A stretch of DNA of 42,903 nt from the NCBI GenBank assembly GCA_017554365.1, contig JAFZIM010000081.1:1-42903 (forward strand), in the 5' to 3' direction. The stretch comes from Alphaproteobacteria bacterium. GTDB taxonomy: Bacteria > Pseudomonadota > Alphaproteobacteria > Rs-D84. The notes below the pieces were generated by a model. It made no database searches, was not told where the DNA came from, and saw only the letters and a list, made by a program, of their open reading frames with translations. This document shows positions 9,259 to 18,181 of this stretch, piece after piece. How positions within the stretch are numbered: position 1 is the first letter of the stretch; each line of letters opens with the position of its first letter. The translations under genes and the position numbers were made by a program.

Positions 9259-9669
9259 ATGCGAAAAGTAAAAATTATTTTAACTATATTTTTGTTGTAT
9301 GAATTTTTAATTATATCTGTATTGCAAATACCAGCGTATTGCGAAAGTGTGTTTAATAATAATTTTTGTTTAATGGGAAATTATAAATATTGGCTAATGT
9401 GTATAATTTTGCCTGTAAGTGCAGGGTTGTTTATATGGTGGGTGCCTGATATAGCAAAATTATTTTGTAAAAACACATGTGAAATACAAAATAATAAACC
9501 GAATAATGATATAAAAGATATTTTACATGAAATTGTATCAGCAAAAGACATAGAACGTTTGATAACTGCTGCAATTATTATGGGAATTCAGAAATTTGCG
9601 ACAAATCATCCTGAAACCAAAGAAACTTTTGATAATATTCTTGATGTTATAAAGAGGGTAAAACAATAA
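9259..9669 (+). CDS. Hypothetical 2-TM membrane protein
   Basis: ATG at 9259 (MRKVKIILTIFLLYEF...) is preferred over the GTG at 9223. Two hydrophobic helices, then a soluble helical C-terminus. No family recognised. Confidence 0.45.
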   Translation: MRKVKIILTIFLLYEFLIISVLQIPAYCESVFNNNFCLMGNYKYWLMCIILPVSAGLFIWWVPDIAKLFCKNTCEIQNNKPNNDIKDILHEIVSAKDIERLITAAIIMGIQKFATNHPETKETFDNILDVIKRVKQ

Positions 9670-9672
9670 TTC

Positions 9673-9700
9673 TTGACAAAAATATATTTTGTGATATAAA
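9673..9700 (+). promoter_or_regulatory. Near-consensus sigma70 promoter for the HNH-like/radical SAM operon
   Basis: ttgaca(9673-9678), 16-nt spacer ending in tga (extended -10 TGn), then tataaa(9695-9700). Ends 25 nt upstream of the ATG at 9725. Confidence 0.5.
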
Positions 9701-9724
9701 TAAACCAAAGTAAACAAGGTTATT

Positions 9725-10756
9725 ATGTCAGATAAATTTTGTATATTTTGTGGTAAAAAACCGAAAGACAAGAATTTAGAACATGTTATACCCCAATGGT
9801 TGATAAGAATGACCGGGCGTGAACATTCTGATGTTTATTCTTTATACCATGAACACGATAAACATATTTCTTTTTTGCAATTTAAATTTCCTGCATGTAC
9901 AGAATGTAATAGTAAATATGCTGATTTAGAGGGAAAAATAAAGGCAATTATGGAAAAAGTTTTATCAGGGCAATCTGTTAATGGGGCAGAAGCAAATTTA
10001 TTAATGGATTGGTTTGATAAAATTCGTGTTGGTATGTGGTTAACTGCGATGTTTTTTGATAAAAATTTAAAACAAGATATTCAACCTCATTTCTTTATTG
10101 ATTCACGTGTCGTCAAAGAAGACAGAATGTTATCTATTCGTAAAGTATGCGAAACAGATGCTAATAAAGGTATTTATATTGGTGGAACACAAACACCTTT
10201 GTTCACATATTGTCCAAGTGCTTTTACAATGCGAATAAACAATTATTATTTTGTAAATGCATCAACTCATAATTTGGTTTCACCACGAATTGGTTTTCCA
10301 TTTGTATCTAATATGAAAATTAGGGATACAAATGATGGGTCTTTCTTTTGTGATATTATCAACGGCAGGGGAAAATTAGTAAATCCTGTGGTCCCAAGTT
10401 TTATTCCAAACAAAGATTCTATTACTTTCTATCAACCTATATACAAAGATTTTGTTGGTTTTGAAGATTTTACCATAGATGATTATATGATTGAACATTC
10501 TTATGATGTTGCAAATGGTTTGGGTGGGGTTTTCGTTCAGAAAGGTAATGTTGGTAATACAAGATATTTACATGAAACAGATAATGTTTCTACAAAAATC
10601 AAAGTCAGCCCATTACCAGAAATGGAAAAAGATATATGTGAAATACAAAATAAGGTAAGTTCTATATCAAAAATTCAAACCATGGAAACAGAATGTGGAA
10701 TGAAATACAATTCTTTGATTTTGAATGCAATAAAAAACGCGAAAATAAAAGGTTAA
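9725..10756 (+). CDS. HNH-like zinc-finger (putative nuclease) N-terminal domain protein with ~240-aa unassigned C-terminal region
   Basis: C6-x2-C9 ... E19-H20-VIPQWL ... C58-x2-C61-N62 (CIFCG...NLEHVIPQWL...ACTECNSK) matches the CxxC/EHxxP/CxxCN pattern of HNH (HNH_5-type) endonucleases. SD aagg lies upstream. Confidence 0.5.
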   Translation: MSDKFCIFCGKKPKDKNLEHVIPQWLIRMTGREHSDVYSLYHEHDKHISFLQFKFPACTECNSKYADLEGKIKAIMEKVLSGQSVNGAEANLLMDWFDKIRVGMWLTAMFFDKNLKQDIQPHFFIDSRVVKEDRMLSIRKVCETDANKGIYIGGTQTPLFTYCPSAFTMRINNYYFVNASTHNLVSPRIGFPFVSNMKIRDTNDGSFFCDIINGRGKLVNPVVPSFIPNKDSITFYQPIYKDFVGFEDFTIDDYMIEHSYDVANGLGGVFVQKGNVGNTRYLHETDNVSTKIKVSPLPEMEKDICEIQNKVSSISKIQTMETECGMKYNSLILNAIKNAKIKG

Positions 10757-10760
10757 TATA

Positions 10761-11924
10761 ATGTCAGATGGTTTAATACCTGTTTTTCAAAACGAAAGTC
10801 AACCAGAATTAAGTATTAAAGAAAGATTTAAGATGGCTTTCGTGTATCCTTTTTCAAAAAAAATATTTTATAAACAATGGGAAAATACACCTGTTTCTAT
10901 GCGTTTTCGTTTAACAAATAAATGTAATGAAATTTGTCCAAGATGTTTTGAATGTTCTGGGCCAAATAATCCAGCAAATAATATCCCTGTGGAAGATGTT
11001 GCTTTTTATGGCAATGTGGATAATATGCATTATTTTGATACTTTTATGACAGGTGGTGAATGGTCTTTGATTTATGATAAAGAACCACATTATTTACTTA
11101 AAATTTTTAATAAACTCGATTTATCTAAATCAAGCAATTATATTATTCAAACTAATGCTCGTTGGGTTGACGGGCCAAATGCAAAACAAATATTAGACGA
11201 TTTAAAAAAGATTCAATTGAAATTGGGTAAAAGTGGAAAAATATTAAAATTAGATACATCTGTGGATAGATACAGAAGCCAGAAAAGTATTGATGGTGTT
11301 ATAAAATTAATTCGTACAATAGTATTAGACCCTGAATTTAAAAACACAAAGATTCGTATAGCGTCTTGTGCTTTAGATGCAGGAATGGCGAATAAAAAAG
11401 TTTTACGTCCAGAATTTTTTGAACCTTATGGTATTAAATTAAGATTTGAAAATCGCAGTTTACACAATATGTATTTTCAGGTTTGTTATGCAAACGACAG
11501 ACGTATCGTAATCCATGAAGAATCACCAACTATGATGGTTGGACGTGCCAAAGAAAATGGTATTGGATATAAAATATATTATCCGCAAATGCAATGCGAA
11601 GGTTTGCAAAATGGTTATGAATATATGGAATTGGCTTTGCGTGAAGATGGTATGATTAAATGGCACAATTGGTATGATTGGAATATAATGGTTCCTTATA
11701 AAGACAAAAATAATCAAAATAAACCATTAGAACAAATCAAAAAAGAATTAGTAGATATGGCATGGAAACGTGCAATTAAATCTAATATAAAAGATACTTT
11801 GATAAATTTTATACCGATATACGGGCAAATACGTACTATTTATAGAACTAATCAAATGAAAAAAACATTTGATGAAAATCGCAAGAAATTTGTAATTAAG
11901 GCCCAACGAGTAAATTGTATATAA
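10761..11924 (+). CDS. Radical SAM domain protein, subfamily unassigned
   Basis: RLTNKCNEICPRCFECSG carries C55-x3-C59-x2-C62. The SAM-binding GGE motif is at FMTGGEWSL (G98-G99-E100). No SPASM/twitch Cys cluster at the C-terminus. Starts 4 nt after the upstream gene. Confidence 0.7.
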   Translation: MSDGLIPVFQNESQPELSIKERFKMAFVYPFSKKIFYKQWENTPVSMRFRLTNKCNEICPRCFECSGPNNPANNIPVEDVAFYGNVDNMHYFDTFMTGGEWSLIYDKEPHYLLKIFNKLDLSKSSNYIIQTNARWVDGPNAKQILDDLKKIQLKLGKSGKILKLDTSVDRYRSQKSIDGVIKLIRTIVLDPEFKNTKIRIASCALDAGMANKKVLRPEFFEPYGIKLRFENRSLHNMYFQVCYANDRRIVIHEESPTMMVGRAKENGIGYKIYYPQMQCEGLQNGYEYMELALREDGMIKWHNWYDWNIMVPYKDKNNQNKPLEQIKKELVDMAWKRAIKSNIKDTLINFIPIYGQIRTIYRTNQMKKTFDENRKKFVIKAQRVNCI

Positions 11925-11953
11925 AAAAACGCACCATTTGGTGCGTTTTAATT
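11925..11953 (+). terminator. Rho-independent terminator after the radical SAM gene
   Basis: Stem acgcacc(11929-11935)/ggtgcgt(11940-11946), loop attt, then tttaattt. Abuts the tRNA-Thr 3' end. Confidence 0.8.
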
Positions 11954-11955
11954 TC

Positions 11956-12031
11956 TGGTGCCGGTTGTCGGACTTGAACCAACGACCCTCTGATTACAAA
12001 TCAGATGCTCTACCAGCTGAGCTAAACCGGC
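11956..12031 (-). tRNA. tRNA-Thr (anticodon TGT)
   Basis: Reverse complement gccggtttagctcagctggtagagcatctgatttgtaatcagagggtcgttggttcaagtccgacaaccggcacca folds as a 76-nt cloverleaf. Anticodon arm tctga-ttTGTaa-tcaga; encoded CCA. Confidence 0.9.
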
Positions 12032-12096
12032 AATGCGAGATACATATTATACGGAAATAAAACTTTTTGCAAGAAAAAAATGCAAAAAGTCAAAAT

Positions 12097-12681
12097 TTAA
12101 TGAATTTCTAAATTTTCTATGTTTTCCATTACTATTTGTGCCAAATACATATCTTTTGTTCTTTTATACAAATTTTCATAATCTGGTTTTGACGATAATG
12201 GAATACCAAGATGGTTTTGTAATGAAAGTATTGGTTCATATCTTTGAAAACCATATTTTTTTGTTTTTTGGTTATAACCAATAGCATAAAATTTATCGTC
12301 AAAGCCTTTTGCTATGTAGGTTTCAAAATCATTAACCATTACAAAAGAAACATCTGCGTATGGAATAATGCTATGGAATATTTTTGTAATATTTTGTTCT
12401 TGTGAAGCTATTATGTTGTAAATTTGGTTTTGAAATTCTACCCAATTATAAACCAATTCAAACTTTGGTTTGTTTTCTGGCTTGAAACCATATTGTTGTA
12501 ATGTGTTTTGAAAATCTGGATGTAAAAACATATAGTATTCTTCGGTAAAGCCATTGTATTTGATACTAAACAAAACGTCTTGGGGATTAAAAATAAAATA
12601 TTGTCTAGATTCTGGGTCGTATTTTACGCCAGATACTTGTATTATATTGCGGTATAAATCATTGATGTTCATTTGTCCCAT
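12097..12681 (-). CDS. Hypothetical protein (194 aa)
   Basis: Balanced soluble-protein composition. Strong SD (aaggaaa) 8-14 nt upstream of the ATG, embedded in the end of the upstream ORF. No motif recognised. Confidence 0.5.
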   Translation of the reverse strand: MGQMNINDLYRNIIQVSGVKYDPESRQYFIFNPQDVLFSIKYNGFTEEYYMFLHPDFQNTLQQYGFKPENKPKFELVYNWVEFQNQIYNIIASQEQNITKIFHSIIPYADVSFVMVNDFETYIAKGFDDKFYAIGYNQKTKKYGFQRYEPILSLQNHLGIPLSSKPDYENLYKRTKDMYLAQIVMENIENLEIH

Positions 12682-12683
12682 GA

Positions 12684-13052
12684 TTAACGTTTCCTTGTAT
12701 AATTATCATGTAAAAATTTTGATGCCTTTAATTCTTGTTCGTTCATTGTCGAATTACATATTCCGTTCTGTTCTGAAAATTTCAGTGCCAATTTTGATGA
12801 TATTTGCCAAATATCATAATTGTTATCAAATTGTTCTTCTGTTCTGGCGAAATGATTTATGCATGTGCTATACTTTTTTCCAATTTTTAATGTGGCACGT
12901 GGAAAATCTGTATCAAAAACCTCGACAGATAAAATGCATTTACCTTTTTTATTACATAATTTATATACATAATGTATGTCAGAAAATTCAATTTCTTTCA
13001 CGAAATTATGTCTGATGTGGTATAAGATATCTTGTTTTAAATCTGGGTTCAT
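12684..13052 (-). CDS. Hypothetical protein (122 aa)
   Basis: ORF ends 2 nt before the next minus-strand ORF. No obvious SD and no motif recognised. Confidence 0.4.
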   Translation of the reverse strand: MNPDLKQDILYHIRHNFVKEIEFSDIHYVYKLCNKKGKCILSVEVFDTDFPRATLKIGKKYSTCINHFARTEEQFDNNYDIWQISSKLALKFSEQNGICNSTMNEQELKASKFLHDNYTRKR

Positions 13053-13163
13053 AATGTAAGTATTTTTGCACTAAATATTAAATTGTCAATAAAAATATAA
13101 GTATGTCTTGAATTTCAGTTTTTATCTGATAAAATCGATTGCGACATAAAAAATGGATAAAAA

Positions 13164-14408
13164 ATGATTAAATTGCCTGAATTACTTGCACCTGGTGGAA
13201 CATTAGACGCATTTAAGACCGCTATTTTATATGGGGCAGATGCGATTTATGCTGGATTGCCTGGCTTTTCTATGCGTGCAAGGGCCAAGATTAGTGTTGA
13301 TGAAGTAAAGCAGGGTATAGATTTCGCCCACGAACATGGAAAAAAGGTTTATTTAGCGTTTAATTTGTTCGCGCATGACCGCGATTATGACAATATGGGT
13401 CGTGTATCCGAAGTAATTAATTATTTGCGTCCTGACGCGTTAATTGTGTCTGATGCGGGTGTTATTATGTGGTTGAAAGAAAATCATCCTGATATTCCAA
13501 TTCACATATCTACCCAGGCAAATATTTGTTCTGCGGCCAGTGTTAAATTTTGGCAAAATGTCGGTGCAGTTCAATGTGTTTTAGCACGTGAAGTTTCACA
13601 CAAAGAATTTGAATCTATACGTGAACAATGTCCTGATATAGGATTGGAAATATTCATACATGGTGCAATGTGTATGTCTTATTCTGGTCGTTGTTTATTA
13701 TCTAATTTTATCACAGGGCGTCCATCAAATCGTGGTGCATGCGCGCAATTGTGCCGTTGGAAATACGATGTTATTTTGCGTGAAAAAGAAAGTGGTATTG
13801 AAATGCCTTTGGAAGAAGATGAACGTGGTGCGTATATCATGAATTCCAAAGATTTATGTTTAATGCCAAGATTAAAAGAAGTCATAGAATCAAGACCTGA
13901 TTCATTGAAAATCGAAGGTCGTAATCGCAGTGAATATTATGTTGGTTCTGTTGTTCGTGCATATCGTAATGCATTGGATGCTTATGCCAAAGACCCAGAA
14001 CATTTTGATCCAACACCTTTTATGAATGATTTAAATGTGTTGGAATCACGTGGTTATACAACGGCTTTCTTTGATGGGCCATTACCACCAGATGCGCATG
14101 ATTATGAATCTACACATTCTACATCCGATTTTCAGGCAGCAGGTGTAATTACAGAAGTTAATGATACAAATATCACACTTGAATTACGTAATGAAATAAA
14201 ACAGGGTGATGAAATAACATTTATTTTGCCACGTACACAAAACAAAGTTTCAGTTGTATTGGATAAAATCATAAATGCTAAAAATGGTGAAGAATTACCT
14301 AAAATGTCAGCAGGTCAGAAGAATTCTTTGCTTGTCCCAATTGAAAAGATACCAGAACAAGAACGTGAAAAATTTGTTCCATTGGTATTGGCGTATAAAC
14401 ATAAATAA
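13164..14408 (+). CDS. Peptidase U32 family protein (YegQ/RlhA/TrhP-like)
   Basis: N-terminus ELLAPGGTLDAFKTAILYGADAIYAGLPGFSMRARA and the core IHGAMCMSYSGRCLLSNF...CAQLCRW are characteristic of U32 proteins. Confidence 0.85.
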   Translation: MIKLPELLAPGGTLDAFKTAILYGADAIYAGLPGFSMRARAKISVDEVKQGIDFAHEHGKKVYLAFNLFAHDRDYDNMGRVSEVINYLRPDALIVSDAGVIMWLKENHPDIPIHISTQANICSAASVKFWQNVGAVQCVLAREVSHKEFESIREQCPDIGLEIFIHGAMCMSYSGRCLLSNFITGRPSNRGACAQLCRWKYDVILREKESGIEMPLEEDERGAYIMNSKDLCLMPRLKEVIESRPDSLKIEGRNRSEYYVGSVVRAYRNALDAYAKDPEHFDPTPFMNDLNVLESRGYTTAFFDGPLPPDAHDYESTHSTSDFQAAGVITEVNDTNITLELRNEIKQGDEITFILPRTQNKVSVVLDKIINAKNGEELPKMSAGQKNSLLVPIEKIPEQEREKFVPLVLAYKHK

Positions 14409-14417
14409 GGTTTTAAA

Positions 14418-14990
14418 ATGGAATGTATCGAAATATATAAAATGAGATTATCAACAATTTTGCCACATATAAATGGCTTTTATAATGTATTGTCTGATAA
14501 CAGGGCAAGATTGGAACCTTGGTTTTGGTGGGCAAGCCCAAAAATAACACCAAACAAATTTAAATTTGCAAGTTTTATATTGTTGTATTTATTGGATACA
14601 AAACGTAAAGAAATCATGCATAAATTCAGCAAAAAGAATTTATATGATGAACAATTTATGATTTATTATAATGGCGAATTTTATGGAATGATGGGGCTTG
14701 ATAAAATTGATGATATAAAACAAAATGCAGAATTATGGGGTTTTATGTCTGGTGCTGATAAAACACCAATGGTGGTTGATGAAAGTACCAAAATAATAGA
14801 AGATTATTGTATAAAAGATAAAAATTTAAAATCTTTATATGCAAAAACACAATTATCAAATAGACCTGTGGCGATTGCTGCGGTAAGAAATGGGTATAAG
14901 AAAATTAAAACAGAATATGGTGTCAGAATATCAGAACGTAATGAAGGAATATCTGAGTTGATTACATGGGAAAAACAATTAGTAAAATAA
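14418..14990 (+). CDS. GNAT-like (RimJ/RimL-type) acetyltransferase-fold protein, degenerate CoA loop
   Basis: The pattern ...LEPWFWWA..., YGMMGLDKI...AELWGFM..., AIAAVRNGYKKI... and ITWEK resembles Acetyltransf_3 proteins. The Q/RxxGxG/A loop is not evident. Start is uncertain (M1 or M9). Confidence 0.4.
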   Translation: MECIEIYKMRLSTILPHINGFYNVLSDNRARLEPWFWWASPKITPNKFKFASFILLYLLDTKRKEIMHKFSKKNLYDEQFMIYYNGEFYGMMGLDKIDDIKQNAELWGFMSGADKTPMVVDESTKIIEDYCIKDKNLKSLYAKTQLSNRPVAIAAVRNGYKKIKTEYGVRISERNEGISELITWEKQLVK

Positions 14991-15016
14991 AAACGCCGTA
15001 ATGGCGTTTTTTTTTA
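14988..15016. terminator. Bidirectional rho-independent terminator
   Basis: Stem acgcc(14993-14997)/ggcgt(15003-15007), loop gtaat. Flanked by an A-run and a long T-run, between convergent genes. Confidence 0.8.
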
Positions 15017-16912
15017 TTTTTGTTCTGTTTGTGGTAATGGTATGCTGAATGAATCATTATATTGGGACAGGAATCTTCCACCAGTCATACATACAAAATT
15101 AGATAAAGAATCATTATAAACACGTACCGCGTCAGTCCAACGTTGTTCTATTTCTGATTTTGCACCTTGATACCCTGAAAATCCACCCAAAGCACCACCG
15201 GCAGCAGTTCCAACCAATGTTCCTTTGGCACGGGCTTCGTTAGAAAGGTCTATTATACCACCATCACTGGCGTCTTTTGAATTTGCAGTAAATTTGAAAT
15301 CGTCTTCGGCTGTCACCTGACTTTGTGTTCCATCAGGATTTTGAACAATCTTGGTCTTTGGTTTTTCGCCAGGACATTTTTTTAAACACATACCAACTGA
15401 ACCATCTGCATTACGTGCGTAATATGCAGGCGCACTGAAGACACCATCTTTGTTGGAATCAAAATCACTTATGGTATAACCAAATGCTTTGTGGTTAATA
15501 GGGTGGTCAAATACAGCATAAGCACGTTGAGAACCCGCAGTTTTATTACCTCTTTTTACCAAGAAGTATGCTGTAGATGATGTATCACCTTGAACCATTT
15601 TCATTTCATCAGATTTAAAACTATATCTATAATCTTTATCTACCTGATCGTACCATGTTCCAGGTTGTTTTGTCCCAGTAGAAGATGAATGATCCAATGT
15701 TATTTGGTCAAAATTAATTTCTACGCCATTTCCCCATAAATAAATATCTAATAAACGTGTGGTTGAACGACATGAAGCGTATGTGCCATTAAATTTTCCA
15801 TCGGAATTTTTTTCTGGAAAACAAATATAAAAATCGCCTTTTGTATTTATGAAATATGATTCATAAGATGTATCGGTTGTTATACTACCTGTTGCAGTAG
15901 TAGTTTTTTCGTTTGCTTCTTTGATTTTATTTAATGTTTCTTCACCACTATATACATCGCCATAGGCCTGAATCTTACCAGGAACACAATCGCGTTCAAC
16001 TTCATTAACCATACATTTTGTTAATGACAATACAGCATTTCCGCCAGCCATACCAGCAGCCATATTTCCAACCATCATACCGGCGGCAGCATTTACAGCC
16101 GTAGATTTGATTGTATCACCTGCGACTTTGCCTGAATATGTACTCGCAGCGATAATACCTGCGCTGGCGGTTGCGCCAATTGCAGTATCCATCAATTGTG
16201 TTTTACTTGTTCCAAATGCTTTGGTATCACCTGCCTGTTTTGGTGCCAAGAAATTACCAGCAACACCACCGATAATAGCAGCAGCAGCAATTTTGAAACC
16301 AGCACCTTGCTTTTGTTCTTCGTTCAAAACTTTTTCTACATCTTCCAAGGTTGGTGGATTATCCCCAGGCAATTCTACTTTTTCAATAGCAGGGAAAAGA
16401 CCATTTTGTGGGAACATATCAACATTACATTTCATTGAATCCCCAGCACCAACCGTTGTTGTTGCCAATATTGCATTTGTATTTGCATCTCTTAATTCAA
16501 TTACTGCGACACATTGATTTTGTCCGTTTGCACGAACACCTGATTCAGGAATTCCCCATCTGAAAACACCATTTGGATAAATCATCGAACATGCTTCCAA
16601 ATCAGATGTATTTACAGATGTAGATGTATTATTTAAAATTGATTCTGCCAATTTTTTATCATCAACTGCCACAGGTAAATTACCTATAGCGCTGGCAGTT
16701 GTTGCATTTGTTGCAGTTGCATCATAATATGCTTGCTGTTGCTGAACAGCCATAACCTGATTATAACCATCGGCATAACTGCGGCCAGCATTTGTTTTAA
16801 CATTTACACGTGCAGACACAGGCATATTTGCGATACATGCCAACATTGCAGAAAACAAAGATATTTTACATATTTTCGTTGTCATATTATGCCTGTGATG
16901 GCGAACCATCAT
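15014..16912 (-). CDS. Large secreted/envelope protein with glycine-zipper segments, unknown function
   Basis: 632 aa. Signal-like ICKISLFSAMLACIANMPVSA; the start may be the internal MTTK at 16885. Gly/Ala-rich stretches include IIGGVAGNF, AAGMMVGNMAAGMAGGNAV and a C-proximal GTLVGTAAGGALGGFSGYQG. Starts 3 nt after the upstream OMP gene. Confidence 0.55.
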   Translation of the reverse strand: MMVRHHRHNMTTKICKISLFSAMLACIANMPVSARVNVKTNAGRSYADGYNQVMAVQQQQAYYDATATNATTASAIGNLPVAVDDKKLAESILNNTSTSVNTSDLEACSMIYPNGVFRWGIPESGVRANGQNQCVAVIELRDANTNAILATTTVGAGDSMKCNVDMFPQNGLFPAIEKVELPGDNPPTLEDVEKVLNEEQKQGAGFKIAAAAIIGGVAGNFLAPKQAGDTKAFGTSKTQLMDTAIGATASAGIIAASTYSGKVAGDTIKSTAVNAAAGMMVGNMAAGMAGGNAVLSLTKCMVNEVERDCVPGKIQAYGDVYSGEETLNKIKEANEKTTTATGSITTDTSYESYFINTKGDFYICFPEKNSDGKFNGTYASCRSTTRLLDIYLWGNGVEINFDQITLDHSSSTGTKQPGTWYDQVDKDYRYSFKSDEMKMVQGDTSSTAYFLVKRGNKTAGSQRAYAVFDHPINHKAFGYTISDFDSNKDGVFSAPAYYARNADGSVGMCLKKCPGEKPKTKIVQNPDGTQSQVTAEDDFKFTANSKDASDGGIIDLSNEARAKGTLVGTAAGGALGGFSGYQGAKSEIEQRWTDAVRVYNDSLSNFVCMTGGRFLSQYNDSFSIPLPQTEQK

Positions 16913-16915
16913 TAA

Positions 16916-18037
16916 TTAGAATTCTAATCTTAATCTGACCCCAACATCCAAATTGCTTAATCTTCCGCTTTCATACCAATTTGTATAATGGAATACACTA
17001 TCATAAGGTGCTTCGTATTCATCACCTGCACCATCACTTAACCATTCTGTCTGAGATACTATGATAGAACCTGAAGTTTTTATTTTACCAAGATTTGCAT
17101 ATCTGATAAAGAAATCAAGTTTCAAACCATCATTCATATCTGTTGTGACACCGGCTTCTAATGAGAAAGCCAATTGTTCCATTGTTCCGCCATTATGATA
17201 TGCATAAACATCACTGATACCTGTTAAACCACCGGCTGGGATACTGCTTGGGCCTAAATCGCCAGTTTCATCATAGAAAGTACTATCAAATACGACATAG
17301 TCAGCAATTGTATTTAAAGCCAAACCAACACCAGCACCGATATAAGGACGCAAAGAACCACCCATCATATAACCAGTAAATGAATCAACATTATAATAAA
17401 CATTTAACATGGTTGAATTAGATGTGATTGCACCACCTGAAACGGTTGCTGTTGTGTATTCAGAACCTGTATATGTCTGAACTTTGTCAGCATAAGACAG
17501 ACCAGATATACGCATAAATGAAAAATCAACACGGATATCGCTGTTAATAGCGGCACCAACTGAAATCTGCAAAGGAATAATAGTGTCTTTGTTAAAATCT
17601 GATGCACGGAAAGAACCCGGTGCAAAGAAAGAATTTTCTTCACCAGCATAATCGGTAGACATAGACCCTGAAATAGCGGTGCTATATGCGGCAGATAAAC
17701 CAATATATAAGCCACTTTCAGCCAATCTGTTATAATCTGCGGCCTGATAATATTGACGTCCAGCATTAGTAGCCGAAGAACCAACACGTGGCAAAGAACC
17801 AGTCACACGATTTGGATTAGCCATTGGACGACCATTTACAGCGGATGCAGATGCCAATTGTTGTGGCATAATGTTTGTACGTTGGTTTTGTTGCATAATA
17901 GCATAATTTTGTGTCGGTACAGCATAGCCGTTATTCATAACCGGGTATTGATTATATACAGGATAAGCGGCACCTGCCATGAATGGCAAAGATGACATTA
18001 AACCCGACAAAACCGCAAGAATCTTGGTTTTTTTCAT
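16916..18037 (-). CDS. Outer-membrane beta-barrel protein (Omp25/31-like porin-family fold)
   Basis: Signal peptide MKKTKILAVLSGLMSSLPFMAGAA and a Tyr/Asn/Gln/Pro-rich linker. Barrel onset GLYIGLSAAYS. C-terminus ...VGVRLRLEF. Confidence 0.7.
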   Translation of the reverse strand: MKKTKILAVLSGLMSSLPFMAGAAYPVYNQYPVMNNGYAVPTQNYAIMQQNQRTNIMPQQLASASAVNGRPMANPNRVTGSLPRVGSSATNAGRQYYQAADYNRLAESGLYIGLSAAYSTAISGSMSTDYAGEENSFFAPGSFRASDFNKDTIIPLQISVGAAINSDIRVDFSFMRISGLSYADKVQTYTGSEYTTATVSGGAITSNSTMLNVYYNVDSFTGYMMGGSLRPYIGAGVGLALNTIADYVVFDSTFYDETGDLGPSSIPAGGLTGISDVYAYHNGGTMEQLAFSLEAGVTTDMNDGLKLDFFIRYANLGKIKTSGSIIVSQTEWLSDGAGDEYEAPYDSVFHYTNWYESGRLSNLDVGVRLRLEF

Positions 18038-18109
18038 TCCTTCCTACAATTCCTTTGTGGATATTATATCATAAAATGAACCCTAAAAAAAGTGTAAAAA
18101 CAAAAATTA

Positions 18110-18146
18110 TATAAAAAATAAAAAATGCACCCGAAAAATCGGGTGC
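18110..18146 (-). terminator. Rho-independent terminator of the porin-like gene
   Basis: Stem gcacccg(18127-18133)/cgggtgc(18140-18146). On the minus strand it is followed by attttttatttttt. Confidence 0.8.
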
Positions 18147-18181
18147 AAATTGTCCAATATAAGTTAATTTTATTTTTTTTA

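Noticed and set aside
12554-13015. 153-aa plus-strand ORF
   Set aside because: It is antisense to the two minus-strand orphan genes. Its Cys/Phe/Tyr/Ile-rich junk composition is typical of the reverse frame of AT-rich coding DNA, and it has no SD. The minus-strand ORFs have balanced composition and a strong internal SD.
16107-16517. 136-aa ORF, plus the 80-aa (16196-16438) and 60-aa (16733-16915) ORFs on the plus strand
   Set aside because: They are antisense shadows of the Gly/Ala-rich 632-aa gene. Ala/Pro/Ile runs are the expected mirror of GCx/GGx codons.
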